Assembly: GCA_944384405.1 (NCBI GenBank)
Contig: CALWTH010000041.1
Span: 65,394-129,393 of the forward strand
Length of the DNA stretch: 64,000 nucleotides
Direction: 5' to 3'
Source of the DNA: an uncultured Clostridia bacterium
Lineage (GTDB): Bacteria; Bacillota; Clostridia; Christensenellales; UBA1242
Below are positions 37,201 through 46,800 of this stretch, one piece after another; positions within the stretch are counted from its first letter, which is position 1, and each line of letters begins with the position of its first letter. Below the pieces are notes generated by a model. That model worked only from the letters and a program-made list of their open reading frames with translations, ran no database searches and was not told where the DNA came from. The translations under genes and the position numbers were made by a program.

Positions 37201-40200
37201 ACATTTGCACAACTGGAAGCAGAAACTCTTCCTGTTGCCAAAATATTAACGACATTGCCAGCAGTGTTTTTACCCACAACTCCACCAACACCACTAGAAG
37301 TTGTGTTTGCACCAGTCGTTGTGTTTGCACCAGTCACAGATATATAAACTTGGCTTGAAACACCATAGTTATTGTATGTATTCATATTATCGGCTTTAAC
37401 AAACTGCAAATTACCACAGTTTTCACCAACAACACCACCTATATAACTTGTGCCACCAGAAAGTTGAATATCAAGCACACTATTTTTTTGCATGTATGTA
37501 AACATTGTGGAGTTTACAGATGAATTTTGTATATCAATTATATACTCACCATTGTTTTGACCTACACCACCACCAATATATGCCGTTATTGCTGACTGCA
37601 CTTGTACAGTACTTTGACTTAAATTGACATTGACATTTTCAATACTTCCATTATTTACACCAGCCAAAAGTCCTATGTATGAATTTGTGTTACTTTCAAC
37701 ATCTATTGCACCGCTAATTGTTAAATTTTTAACATATGCGCCACTTGCAATACTTGAAAATAGTCCATAGTAGTCGCCTGCATTTAATCCTGCCGTTACC
37801 GAATAAGCAGACTTAACTTTAAAATTAGTAATACCTGATACTGAGCCATCACTTGAAGTCTTGCCTGAAATTCCACCTGTAAGTTCACCCAAAGGTGCAA
37901 TTTCTTCACCACCGCCGTCAATTGTTCCATCTATGATATAATGTTTTGATAAATCAATGTTTTTAAATTGTTCCCAACTTCCAATATGAAGTGGACTAGA
38001 AATTGAGCCATCACCAACAGTAACAGGAATTTCAATAGAATATGAATAATCATTTCTGTCAGAACTATTAAATAATGAGTTTGGTACTATTTTTATAATA
38101 CCACTTCCACCCCCTGCACCTGTGTAATCAACGACAATTCTGTTTTCATCATATTGTAATTGTATAATTGAACCCACTCCATCATTTGGTTCAAACCAAG
38201 CAAAGAAACTTTTATTAGTTGCATTTTGTGGTAAAATATAAGGATAAATAATCTCTTGAGTGTGAGTTGAATCTAGATATATTTCATCTATATAGTTATA
38301 AAACCAAACTTCTTCAACTTGAACATATTGAACAATGTTTATTGTCACAGTTGACGATATCATTGTTCCATATTCATAAATACTTGCTGTAATGGTAAAT
38401 GTTGCTATTGGATTTCCAACTGCATCACAAACAAACATAAGTTCGCCATTATAATTATCATAGTAGTAGCCATAGACTATACTTCCGGCATCGGTAAGGG
38501 CATATCTTCCATAAGCACCATCATATGCCGATGAAACAGAAAAAGAAAATTCAAGATCAAGATTTTGCAATAACAAATCGTTAACATTTGTTTCAATTCC
38601 ATCTAGCATAAGCCTAAATTCAACCATTGCCATTGACCTATCAAAATAGCCAAGAGGAGTGTTTAGGTCATAAACATTGACATTTTTGGAGTATTTTTCT
38701 TCCAAATCACTTGAATTTTTGGCATCAAAACTAAAATTAGAAATTGGTTCAAAACATATGATTTCAAAATCAAACTGTGTACTTTCCAACATTTCTTCGT
38801 CAATAGTTAGCATGAAGTTTTCAATTCTGTTAATTCTCACAGTAACATGAATTGTCTGTCTTGTGTTGTCAACCGAAGTGAAAGAGATAACATTTTCATT
38901 TATTAAAACATTTGTGTTATCACACTGATATGAAATTTCAAACATAGATTGACTTGTTATGCCCATTGGTGATGTGCTTGCTAATATTTCAACATCGCCA
39001 ATTCCTCTCACTGCAACAAAGTCAAGTGTTTCATTTTCGCCAATTTGTCTGTACTGAACCTCGGCAATGTTATCGTCTTTAGTTGAAACATAGAACCAAA
39101 GATTGTCAACGTCAAGTTCATCTTTTACCACTATTGTTATGCGTGTAGAAATACCATTTTCAAGAACAAGTGTGTAATGTGCTTCTCCAACGCTATGTGT
39201 TGTTATATCAATTGACGCAACATCATCTGCAGTTAAAGGCGTTTGAATAATTGTGCATACAGAGGTTGAAACAACATCATCACTTGATGCTGTGATTTTT
39301 CCAACATAAGCACCTTGTTCTTGCACAACAAAGCCACTAAATGTCACACTTTCGCCATTTTTAACATATATAGTTGAATTTGCATAAATATCTTCAACTC
39401 TAAAGTCCGTTGCACTCTTTTGAACTGTGAAATTTATATCGTTATAAATAGTGTCTGTAGTCAATTCGGCATTGACTGTGACTCTGACTACAATTTTTTC
39501 GCCAAGATTTTCAGGCAAGATTTCACGTCCATATACTTGAAGTGGAATTGTTAAATCAGAAATAAGCACATCATTATCAATTTCTTGAATACCATAGATA
39601 ATACAAATATACTGCCTTATATCAGAGTAAGGCACATTTAAAAGTTCGCCACCTCGTTGAATATAAAACGACAAAGACAAGTAATCATAATCAGCGTTTT
39701 GTGGTCTTACAGTAAACAAAAATTGTTTTGCACTGCCGATATCGTCATTGTCAAACAAGTTTATGTCCTGTGCTTCTGTTTGTGCATTTACCAAAACACT
39801 TTCAGGTCTTGATATGATTTTGACTTTATACATAATATCAACATAATAAGCGTCATAGTCGCTATATTTTACTCTTATTACCAAAACATCATCAACAAGT
39901 GCAAAGTCAGTTGCCTGAATTGTCACTTGTTTTATATTTTGCATTGTTGGCGTTTGAGATGTCTGTGCCACTGTATGAGTACTATTTGCAAAAACTTCAT
40001 ATGTGTATGCTTCATCATATGCAAGCATTAACGTCTTTTGAAATTGTTCGTTGTCATTTTCTATAAGTTCAATATAACTATCACTATCTTGATCTATGGA
40101 AGGTATGATTGTATCGTTGTAACTTAAAGAAATATTTTGCGTGTCAATTTCATCAACCACTTTTACTGAAAATGTGTATGTGATATTTTCATCAGCCAAA

Positions 40201-40763
40201 CTGACCGCCGTCACAACAATTTCATCTGTAGTGACTTGATTTGTTGTGAGTAATCCATCTTCAATAATCTCAGTTCCAATCTGAAACCTAACATCACGTT
40301 CTATAGTTGATAGTGGATAAAAATCAAGCATATCATTTGAAAGTTGCAATGATTGTCCACGAATAACAAACAAGTTTGTGTCTTCTTTTAAAGTGATACT
40401 TGTTAGCGGTTCATAAACTGTCACTGGAATATTTATATAATTGGAATTTTCAAGCAAAGTGATAGTTAATGTTGCCTTACCTGGTGTGTGACCTTTAACA
40501 GTTATTTGGTATTGTCCCCCACCAAGATGTGTTAAATTGGAAACAGTGGCAATTTGTGTGTCAAATGAAAAATTGAAATGAATATTACTAGAAAAATAAT
40601 TGTCAACTGTTATTTCATAATTTTGACTTGTGTTTTGTTCTACTTCAATACTTTGGCTTGAAAAATGGAGAGAAAGGTCATCATAGTTTTCTCCACACGC
40701 TGAAAGTAAAAACGTAAACATAGAAATTAAAATTAAACTAAATGTTATAAAATATTTTTTCAT
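31287..40763 (-). CDS. Giant lipoprotein 2 (about 3,158 aa): Ig-like stretches alternating with three GLUG-type beta-helix modules
   Basis: Uninterrupted ORF. GGAGAG is 3 nt before ATG 40763. Lipobox LLSAC|GEN. Many (V/I)GG(L/V/I)(I/V)G and AGF(V/A)..N.G.I repeats. Confidence 0.85.
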   Translation of the reverse strand: MKKYFITFSLILISMFTFLLSACGENYDDLSLHFSSQSIEVEQNTSQNYEITVDNYFSSNIHFNFSFDTQIATVSNLTHLGGGQYQITVKGHTPGKATLTITLLENSNYINIPVTVYEPLTSITLKEDTNLFVIRGQSLQLSNDMLDFYPLSTIERDVRFQIGTEIIEDGLLTTNQVTTDEIVVTAVSLADENITYTFSVKVVDEIDTQNISLSYNDTIIPSIDQDSDSYIELIENDNEQFQKTLMLAYDEAYTYEVFANSTHTVAQTSQTPTMQNIKQVTIQATDFALVDDVLVIRVKYSDYDAYYVDIMYKVKIISRPESVLVNAQTEAQDINLFDNDDIGSAKQFLFTVRPQNADYDYLSLSFYIQRGGELLNVPYSDIRQYICIIYGIQEIDNDVLISDLTIPLQVYGREILPENLGEKIVVRVTVNAELTTDTIYNDINFTVQKSATDFRVEDIYANSTIYVKNGESVTFSGFVVQEQGAYVGKITASSDDVVSTSVCTIIQTPLTADDVASIDITTHSVGEAHYTLVLENGISTRITIVVKDELDVDNLWFYVSTKDDNIAEVQYRQIGENETLDFVAVRGIGDVEILASTSPMGITSQSMFEISYQCDNTNVLINENVISFTSVDNTRQTIHVTVRINRIENFMLTIDEEMLESTQFDFEIICFEPISNFSFDAKNSSDLEEKYSKNVNVYDLNTPLGYFDRSMAMVEFRLMLDGIETNVNDLLLQNLDLEFSFSVSSAYDGAYGRYALTDAGSIVYGYYYDNYNGELMFVCDAVGNPIATFTITASIYEYGTMISSTVTINIVQYVQVEEVWFYNYIDEIYLDSTHTQEIIYPYILPQNATNKSFFAWFEPNDGVGSIIQLQYDENRIVVDYTGAGGGSGIIKIVPNSLFNSSDRNDYSYSIEIPVTVGDGSISSPLHIGSWEQFKNIDLSKHYIIDGTIDGGGEEIAPLGELTGGISGKTSSDGSVSGITNFKVKSAYSVTAGLNAGDYYGLFSSIASGAYVKNLTISGAIDVESNTNSYIGLLAGVNNGSIENVNVNLSQSTVQVQSAITAYIGGGVGQNNGEYIIDIQNSSVNSTMFTYMQKNSVLDIQLSGGTSYIGGVVGENCGNLQFVKADNMNTYNNYGVSSQVYISVTGANTTTGANTTSSGVGGVVGKNTAGNVVNILATGRVSASSCANVGGLIGLLDNGGEILGNTTRVYVRGNTYVGGLIGFVGNAESSDISNNKVQATDDRTLTGLDATLIVANASNSIAKIFNSVNVDVDASNTALSYITRTFVQYGQNGNIEGINTYYGELVAGANVEIEQFEKVFTGTQDKDNYLNLTKNKIVVMYYQAKDSVNQSYLNTLNTQSLPSDLFAQNVEITISSNATSVVSITTEGKLRLHKTGTVILTLTSVLNAGISQQITCVVTNYVSGVNLYLSSDYTDELLQNSQISVTNRNTTTLYPRFDAFASVGNMRINLVESQTAKLEIVSNEDVNVVQSSGTVILQGVGTETQTTPKAIQFYIYLDVNNTKMYLAKSQDDETEFNFVEIARDDATISKTIYTTYSQGIYNIESDKTNISLVPSDVFSIKVSYLTDDINDEIELFVTYLENGEVLKFGDADFENYFIAKASEVYFNNGRYYIDYTFEMNTDNAIRIGDYMFTFTGADGAVSKNVYATFAKQPINNVIVKNYSFTNNEDVILVDTGDGYYVYNTSYSMTETNIVTAGEPNILKVVINPAYSDYSYIEVTNSQENISSGNVVLFGLLVPRNNNQGEAVISSDAFFTSTGIKVMKSSIVGGELNVLYRMATNVTEGDSITLYVNFYNADGEIVYSQQQRVLTISLNKTIEVTLADKGASDHYYVARGYNYLLNINTVGYKTSDVVVESSSPYAQIINDNGTYYLKISDNISYPQGQQYGGYDVTITYYGTTTVDGVTTSGIRNSFTCTIVEYVLGNLDDMNEVFKNSEIYLNRGNSADIRDLLIDNLDVEYSGNAITAVNALKASLKQNGVFYYKLSDENGYVRITDETSLSNNILDIDGYNLTVKYVGENLFSLGVYARLQYLNGYVQVMLLNEDELEDISDVDIKKFDVTVNQNTSLDSPLPIYTQEQLLAMSDGNYYILMNDITIASDFTPIDASVARFDGNGHNIVFSGIYSDYTTIDNFGLFSIIDENSVVCNVTIEVGRNTTFNFRNESNGNVFNFGLLCAQNNGTITNCQVVCRDDSSSLIVTNSAPMSLTSTSNISPFVAVNSGYITNSRVNIRVESYGANLAGFVAINNGHVASSYVKRSYIRNSSTNVNNATAGFVIQNTGTIFASFIEGEYLSGLSYVYASDTNYIIRANSIAGAFAYINDGTISNCYANIPLTSSSINSGFVCTNNGEIKSSYTTSKLGDRDIGNHPFYIYSQGSITDSYYLSDDNFNVDINTSNEKYGNDKLRKTLVIEFAIGYAVTRIGANYIVGEKLFDSFAINSNDDIASGVWFYAKDNNSFLTNQTISTGMEISSSDYRNYLQYSRLVTVQGLQKDGQYMQFRENRPQLVTANIIAYSSKYIVEEEYVEETGETIYIYAETPGSYSEGSMYNPIIVASAVLFEEDFISNSIRNINTKYYRLIKDIDYIEENLAVSSLYSYVLGGYFEGNGLSISNFSINSNASVTSGGYFSQIGYGSDYATIQNIEFSPKYINLPNAVSVGTIAGTVNRMYAYNVIVDGYNSSTTSNVVLGKNIVGGVFGRIVNSFDIQNIYSSISTNAYQTNSSDNWTEQSVQNQILYEEGGSNYNTVSYSGSIVGYLGGVGRLKNAYITNAVASIGMVSGFMFGGIGLNAEVQDVEFQYQNLANYFIRASAYGGIIVGDLKGTLRNVNVYALDTNTDEEGELEQQNYYIFNLTPKIPIAVGGLCGIVRGNKEQTQNIIDCNVDIDIQFNSAIVVGKVGGLAGKALQNVVIQNSSYTGDLLTGQSALGGIVGEIEFNGTFGNVIMQDISVGATEQSCVIKLIKPAQEEISNASYVGGVIGLITNTQSLSNTQNGKFIVNANTVNAEITSDISIYGDNIGNAESDIAISYSVYVSRFIGGYVSTSGSNETFADFYAKLTQDIKENVSFTVGDLVVNMNLYLKNLRNGNSVQKLPYGYNIYLSSFIYDFTGFDDFYISVYPFIINGVTQSSSNAYNLLIRNGVIQ
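31700..33080 (-). other. Beta-helix module 3 of giant protein 2 (approximate bounds)
   Basis: Opens with SMYNPIIVASAVLFEEDF...YYRLIKDIDY...FEGNGLSISNF, then VGGVFGRI, AVGGLCGIV, KVGGLAGKA, ALGGIVGEI, YVGGVIGLI. Confidence 0.5.
33350..34510 (-). other. Beta-helix module 2 of giant protein 2 (approximate bounds)
   Basis: Opens with SPLPIYTQEQLLAM...YYILMNDITI...FDGNGHNIVF...FGLFS, then AGFVAINNGHV, AGFVIQNTGTI, SGFVCTNNGEI. Confidence 0.5.
36810..38005 (-). other. Beta-helix module 1 of giant protein 2 (approximate bounds)
   Basis: Opens with SSPLHIGSWEQFKNIDL..HYIIDG, then YIGGGVGQNNG, YIGGVVGENCGN, VGGVVGKNTAGN, NVGGLIGLLDNGG, YVGGLIGFVGN. Confidence 0.5.
40695..40763 (-). other. Lipoprotein signal peptide of giant protein 2
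   Basis: MKKYFITFSLILISMFTFLLSAC. Cys codon at 40697-40695. Confidence 0.75.
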
Positions 40764-40813
40764 TTTCTCTCCATTTTTTGCCATAGTTTGCTTTTCCCCC
40801 TTAAACAGTGCTG

Positions 40814-43800
40814 CTATTCTTCTACTATTATTTGATCATTCATCTCGCCGAACACAACATCTAATAGCAAAATTGCATACTCCTCATCGGAAATTTGAGT
40901 AATAGGCAACTTAATAACTGTAGATGCAAAAGCACTTGACTCGTTAATATTCCAGGCATATCCCTCATCTGAATATCTATTATAACCAATGGTTATTCCA
41001 AGAAAGGCTTCAACTTTGAAGAATTTCATATATTCTTTACTTGCATCAAACGTCCAATTATATGTTATGGTGGATTTTTGTTCGGTACCATCTTCGCCAA
41101 CTGTTGTTTTTTCTACTGTTTCTGTAAATGTAGCAATGTTGTCTTCAGTGTTTATGGTAACTGCACTTCTTGTGATTGTGTCGCTTACACTAACACCATC
41201 ATCAGTCGTATACTCAAATGTTTCAGTTTTGTTCCCTAAGCCACTATACCAATTTTCATCTGTGTTATGTCTAGCATATACATATTCATTTACTGTAATG
41301 TCACCAGAATCAGTTGTAACCGTTGCATTGTTTTTCAAGACGTAAATACCTTTTGGAACCGAAACACCTAAACTTGTATAAGTACCTTCTTGTGATAATA
41401 CCTCACCAACAGTACCTGATATTTTATATCCTCTTAGTGTATAGTAGTGGTTTTGTGGTATTTTAATTGCATAACTTCCATTGAAAGGAATAAGTTTAAT
41501 TCCAGGATTTTCATCAGTTAAACTTAGTGCAAAATCCAATTCCAAAACTATGTCTTCACCATCATAAGTCCATTCAATTTTTGTATGTGACTTTTTCTCT
41601 CCATTTACATGAGTGTCGTTATACAAATACCATTTGTAATTTAGTGTATTTGATGAATAATCACTATTGGCTATATTAGTACCAGATGAATTCAACCAGA
41701 ACCCATTACTAATGTCGTATACAGGATTGTCCACTAGTAGTGTCATTATTCCAGCACTATTTTTCTTTAGTGACAAAATCATTGTATCTAAATCTAACTT
41801 ATATCCAAGGTCATTATAAACATCTTCACCACTCTTTAGCAACTTATAGTCTCCATTTTGTTTAATGAAAATTAAAATGACATTACTATTGTTATCAAAG
41901 TATAGATGTGCTTCAGTTTTGTCAGAATTGTCTGATGTTGTCAACACTTTGTAAGTTAATGAATGGAGTGTGGTTCTTTCAATAATTGCAACCGGCATTT
42001 CTTCATTTTTTGAAGTATGAACTTCAATATATCCTTTTGTTGCTAAATTGACATCATCTGTCCACCAATTTTTAGACAAATATTCAATATTATTTATTAC
42101 TTGTGTTGGTGACTGTTTGTTATTGTTTGCAACTGTGTGGAAAGTTCCATCACTATCCGCTATTTCAATAGAATTAGTTATTGCGTTAAATTCCACTAAG
42201 ATAGTCACTTTACTTGCGTCAGAATACGATTCGGTTATTGTGTACGTGCCTTCTGTTAAAGTTAAAGTGAATTTATGTTGTGTTTTTACAAAATTGCCAT
42301 CAACAAATTCAAATATATAACTTTCTTTATCAGTATAAACTGTCAAAATGTTATTCTCATATTTAAAGGTATAATTTGTTCCCTTAAGTTGAACATAACC
42401 ATTTTGTCCATTGTTTTCAAAAGTGATTGTTGTTGCTCCATTGTAAATTTCATATGAAACACCAAAATCATTTTCATCGGTGGTATCAACACTTACAATG
42501 TTGCTACTTATACCATATCCATCATATTTGTCACCACTTGCATCTTCTTTGATTATGTAGTATGTTCCATCTTCGCTTAGAACAAAATCGGTTTCATCAT
42601 ACAATGTAAAGCCAGTTAAATGGCCACTACCATCATAATCAAACACATAAATTATTGTTTGTGTTTGATCATTTGATCCGCTAGATTGTTTAGATGTTTT
42701 TTCTAACACAACAGCATTTAATGCGATTTGTTGTGTGCCTGACATTTTATAAACATTAGCCCTGACATGCTTGTAAGTTACTGTTTGATTATCTTGCTTT
42801 ATTTCAATGACTTCATCATCATTGACAATAAAGGCTTCACCATTATGATTTTCTGAAGAAACATTATAATTAAAATCAACTGAAATATTGTTAAATCCTT
42901 CAGCAATGATAGAATTAAGTGAAATGGAATAAGTAGTAGTGATTATATCACTTCTTCTATAGATATTAGAAATAGTGCCTTGTGATGTTGCATCAATATA
43001 ATACGTTGTAGTTGAATTGATAACATCAAAAGTTAAATTAACAATATCCGACAAATTAATTCCGCTATCATTGATATTTTGAATCTCGTTTAATGACAAC
43101 AGATTGTTCTGATATGTAATGATATTTATTGGTCCCTCATTTTGTCCCTCATTTTGTCCCTTATTTTGTCTCTCAGGGAAGAACATATCATTTCTTGACA
43201 CTCCAACTTCAAAATTTATTTTGCTACTTGATATATAAGAAATATTGCCAAGGTAATATACATTGTCTTTTGAATCAACAAGGAATATATATTCTTGGTA
43301 TTGTGTGCCTGACATGTTTTGTTCAGTTGCAAATCCATTATTAAATGAAATGAAAATTGTCTTATATCTTCTGTCTGAATGTGTTAAACCATCAATGTTA
43401 ATTACTCCATTTGTTGTAACAAACATGTTCAATGAGCCTTCATACAAAACTGTTGGGGTTGATTTATCAATTTCTAATTTATTTCCGTCATTAAGGTTGA
43501 TATTAAATATGGTGCTACTTGTTGACTTAATATCGTCAAGATCCAAAATGTTTTCATTATCATCTTTGATATCCCAGCTTATTGAATTTGTAATTGATGA
43601 AATTTGTGAATTGTAGATAACATGATCTTTTTCTATGTAAATAGGCTTTACAACATTCTTATTTTCAAGAGTGCTGTATACAAGATACCAACCCGGCCCC
43701 ATATTTTTAATTAATTCAGCATACTCAGTATCATTTTTATCTATATGTTTAATGAATTTGAACTTCATTTGTTTGGATATTTCTTCTTTTAAATTTCCGT

Positions 43801-46800
43801 CTTCACCTATTATATCGTCATCTATTCCCAAATCCAAGTCGCCGAGTGCACTTTCATCAATTTTGCCATTTTCGTCTACAATACCATCTAATATTCCTTG
43901 ATCAATATCTGGACTTGTAGTTATTGTAGAGTCTACAATCTCTGTGTTGTTCAAATTAATATACTGTCCATTTTGCTCTGTGACTATTGTATAGAAAGGA
44001 ACAGATTGTGTTGTAATACTTCCCGCACTAAATTTATTATATTGGTCTATTGATAATATTGTAATGTTATTAATAGCAAAATTATCATTTCTACTTGTCA
44101 TTGGAATTGGTGCAGAATTATCTAAATAAGTTTTATATATAGAACTTGTAGTAAATAGCTGGTGAGCGGTGACAAATTCTAGTGATGTATCTGTAACAAT
44201 GTCACTTATCGTGCTGTCATCATATCTATAACCATTTATAGATAGCCTATAAACTGTCTCTTGAATGGAGTGAACATCTTGTGTCCCCTTATATGAATCT
44301 TCCAACACCGATCCATTAATGATAATAATATAAATATTTTTCTGATAATTATATATAACTCTATTTTCACCATTAACATACGAATCCATTTTTCTTGATA
44401 CTTGTGTTTCATACTCATAAGCATCAACTTTCATATATGTAATTATTGAATTACTTTCAATATTTTGATTACCTGTTTTAGAATCAGCTTGACTACCTGT
44501 TTGAGAATCACCACCCTCTGTTGTTACACTTGTTTGTTTTCCAATTACCCCTATAATCTGACGTGAATTTATAAGTTTTGGTTTTTGAGTTATATCTTCA
44601 ACATCAGAAGAATCAAAATAATACGAAGGGTCAGCCATAGCAAGTACTGATGTATTTACAGATACTTTACCATCATAGTCATAACCAGAGCCTCTATTAC
44701 CAATGTAATTGTCGGCATATGCTTTAGTCGAGAATTTGGTACCATTAATTCCAGATGTTATGATTAATCTTTGATTTTCTGTACCAACTTTTATATTGGT
44801 ATCTTTTGATATTGGCAATGAAGTATTTTGTTTAGAATATCCAATTACCCCACCAGCGTAAGTTGTAACTTCACTTATTCCTGCTGTGACTTCAATTTTT
44901 GATAATCCAATTGATATATCATTTAATTTAATGACTTGCCCCTCATTATTGTTGTAATATCCAATCAAACCACCAACATATACACTATTACCAGATGTAT
45001 TTTCAACATCGATGTTTCCTGTTATATCAAGTTGCGAACTACCACCATCAGGTGTTGAAATGTTAGAATCTAACATATACCCGATAGCACCACCAAATAT
45101 ATTATTTGATGATGTTGAAACAATGCCTTCTCCGTACAAATCAACTGACACAATGTCGCTTATATTGACATTGGTATTTTCAGTTCTACCAATAAGTCCA
45201 CCGACACCTGTCAATTCTGATTGATCTAAACTTCCGCTTGCAGTCAAATCAGTACTTAATTCAATATCAGTATTTTGAATTGTTAAAGTACTATTTTTAG
45301 CACTTCCAACTAAACCACCTGCATTTAAAGTGTATGTACTACTTTGACTACCTTGTATGTAATCTTTGACAATCAGCGATACTTCTGTGTTTGAAATATT
45401 CACATTGCCACCATCAACAAGCGTACCAATAAGTCCACCCATTGACTTATCTGTATTTGCAATTGCACTTTGCTGTGTATGATAAGTTAAATCCAAATTA
45501 GATATGTCAACATTTTTACCATAATTCACAAGTCCAATAGCAGCTCCAGTGTTGTTTATTAAAAACCCATTTATTTCTGCTTTTTTATAACTTGAAGATG
45601 TTATTTTTCCACTAAATGGACTTTCCTCACTTTCACCAAATCCATCAACCTGCGTACCAAAACTTGTGCCTGCACTATTTGAGAAGTTTAATTCTATGGT
45701 AATTCCCCCTGAAATTTGAATAGCATCTACTAAACTCTTGAATTTTTCACTATTGTTTAACCGCAAATCATTAAATTCATTTGAATTTACGACAGCCTCA
45801 TATTTTTGATATGACAAAATTTTATTTACTAAATTAACTGTAGCACGATAATCCTCAACGCTGTTCACTTTGATTGTCGCAGTCGCACTTTGATCTGTTC
45901 CAGATGCAGTTGTATTTTGATCAAAAAGATCAATACTTGGAGTGCTTGCAACTTCTGGTGAAGTGCTTGGAATATAATCTCCATCAACTGTTATCCAATC
46001 ATCTCCAAACTTACCATATGTATTAGAAACACCTTCGGCCTTACTTAATTTAGTTATTACACTACCTGAAACATCATAAATATATTGATAATCTTCATCA
46101 AACATTGCAACATCGTTAAATGAATACAATGTTTTGCTACTATTTTCAATCAAATTTTCATGAACTTGATATAGATCACTACGCCATGCAACATTTTGTG
46201 TACCACCTTTTGTTTCCCCATCTTTTGCATTACCAATTGAGTGGGAATATACATCGTAAACGTATAAATTTGTTACGTTATTATCATTCAAATAGTTATT
46301 GTAAATAAATTCATTATTATATTTTTGCAATCCCATCCATTCATCAACGCCATCATTCATAAAGGCATCTAACGCTGATGTTGCTGTATCATTAGGAATT
46401 GGCACACCAAGAGGTAATTCCACTGTGGCACTTACTGGATCACCACCAAAGGCAAATATGTTAATTTTAGTCCAATCCGCTCTTTTATATGAAAGTGAAT
46501 AGTAACTGCTTTTTTCATTTGTAGGTAATACGTTATATCCACTACCATCAATGTAATATTCATTAATATTGACTTCTGTTGTAAGTATATATACTGATGC
46601 TACAACTGTAATACCTGCAATAGTTGCCATAAGCCCTATGGCCACTTTCCATCCTAGGATAGGAATCTTGGATACAAATGCTGCCGCAATCATCAAAGAC
46701 ATTGCAGTCTCTGATAGTCCAACAACCCCAAGTATTTTTGAAGCCATGCTCAATGTGTCTACATCATAGTATGCAGTAGCCTTTCTTGCAGATAATCCTC

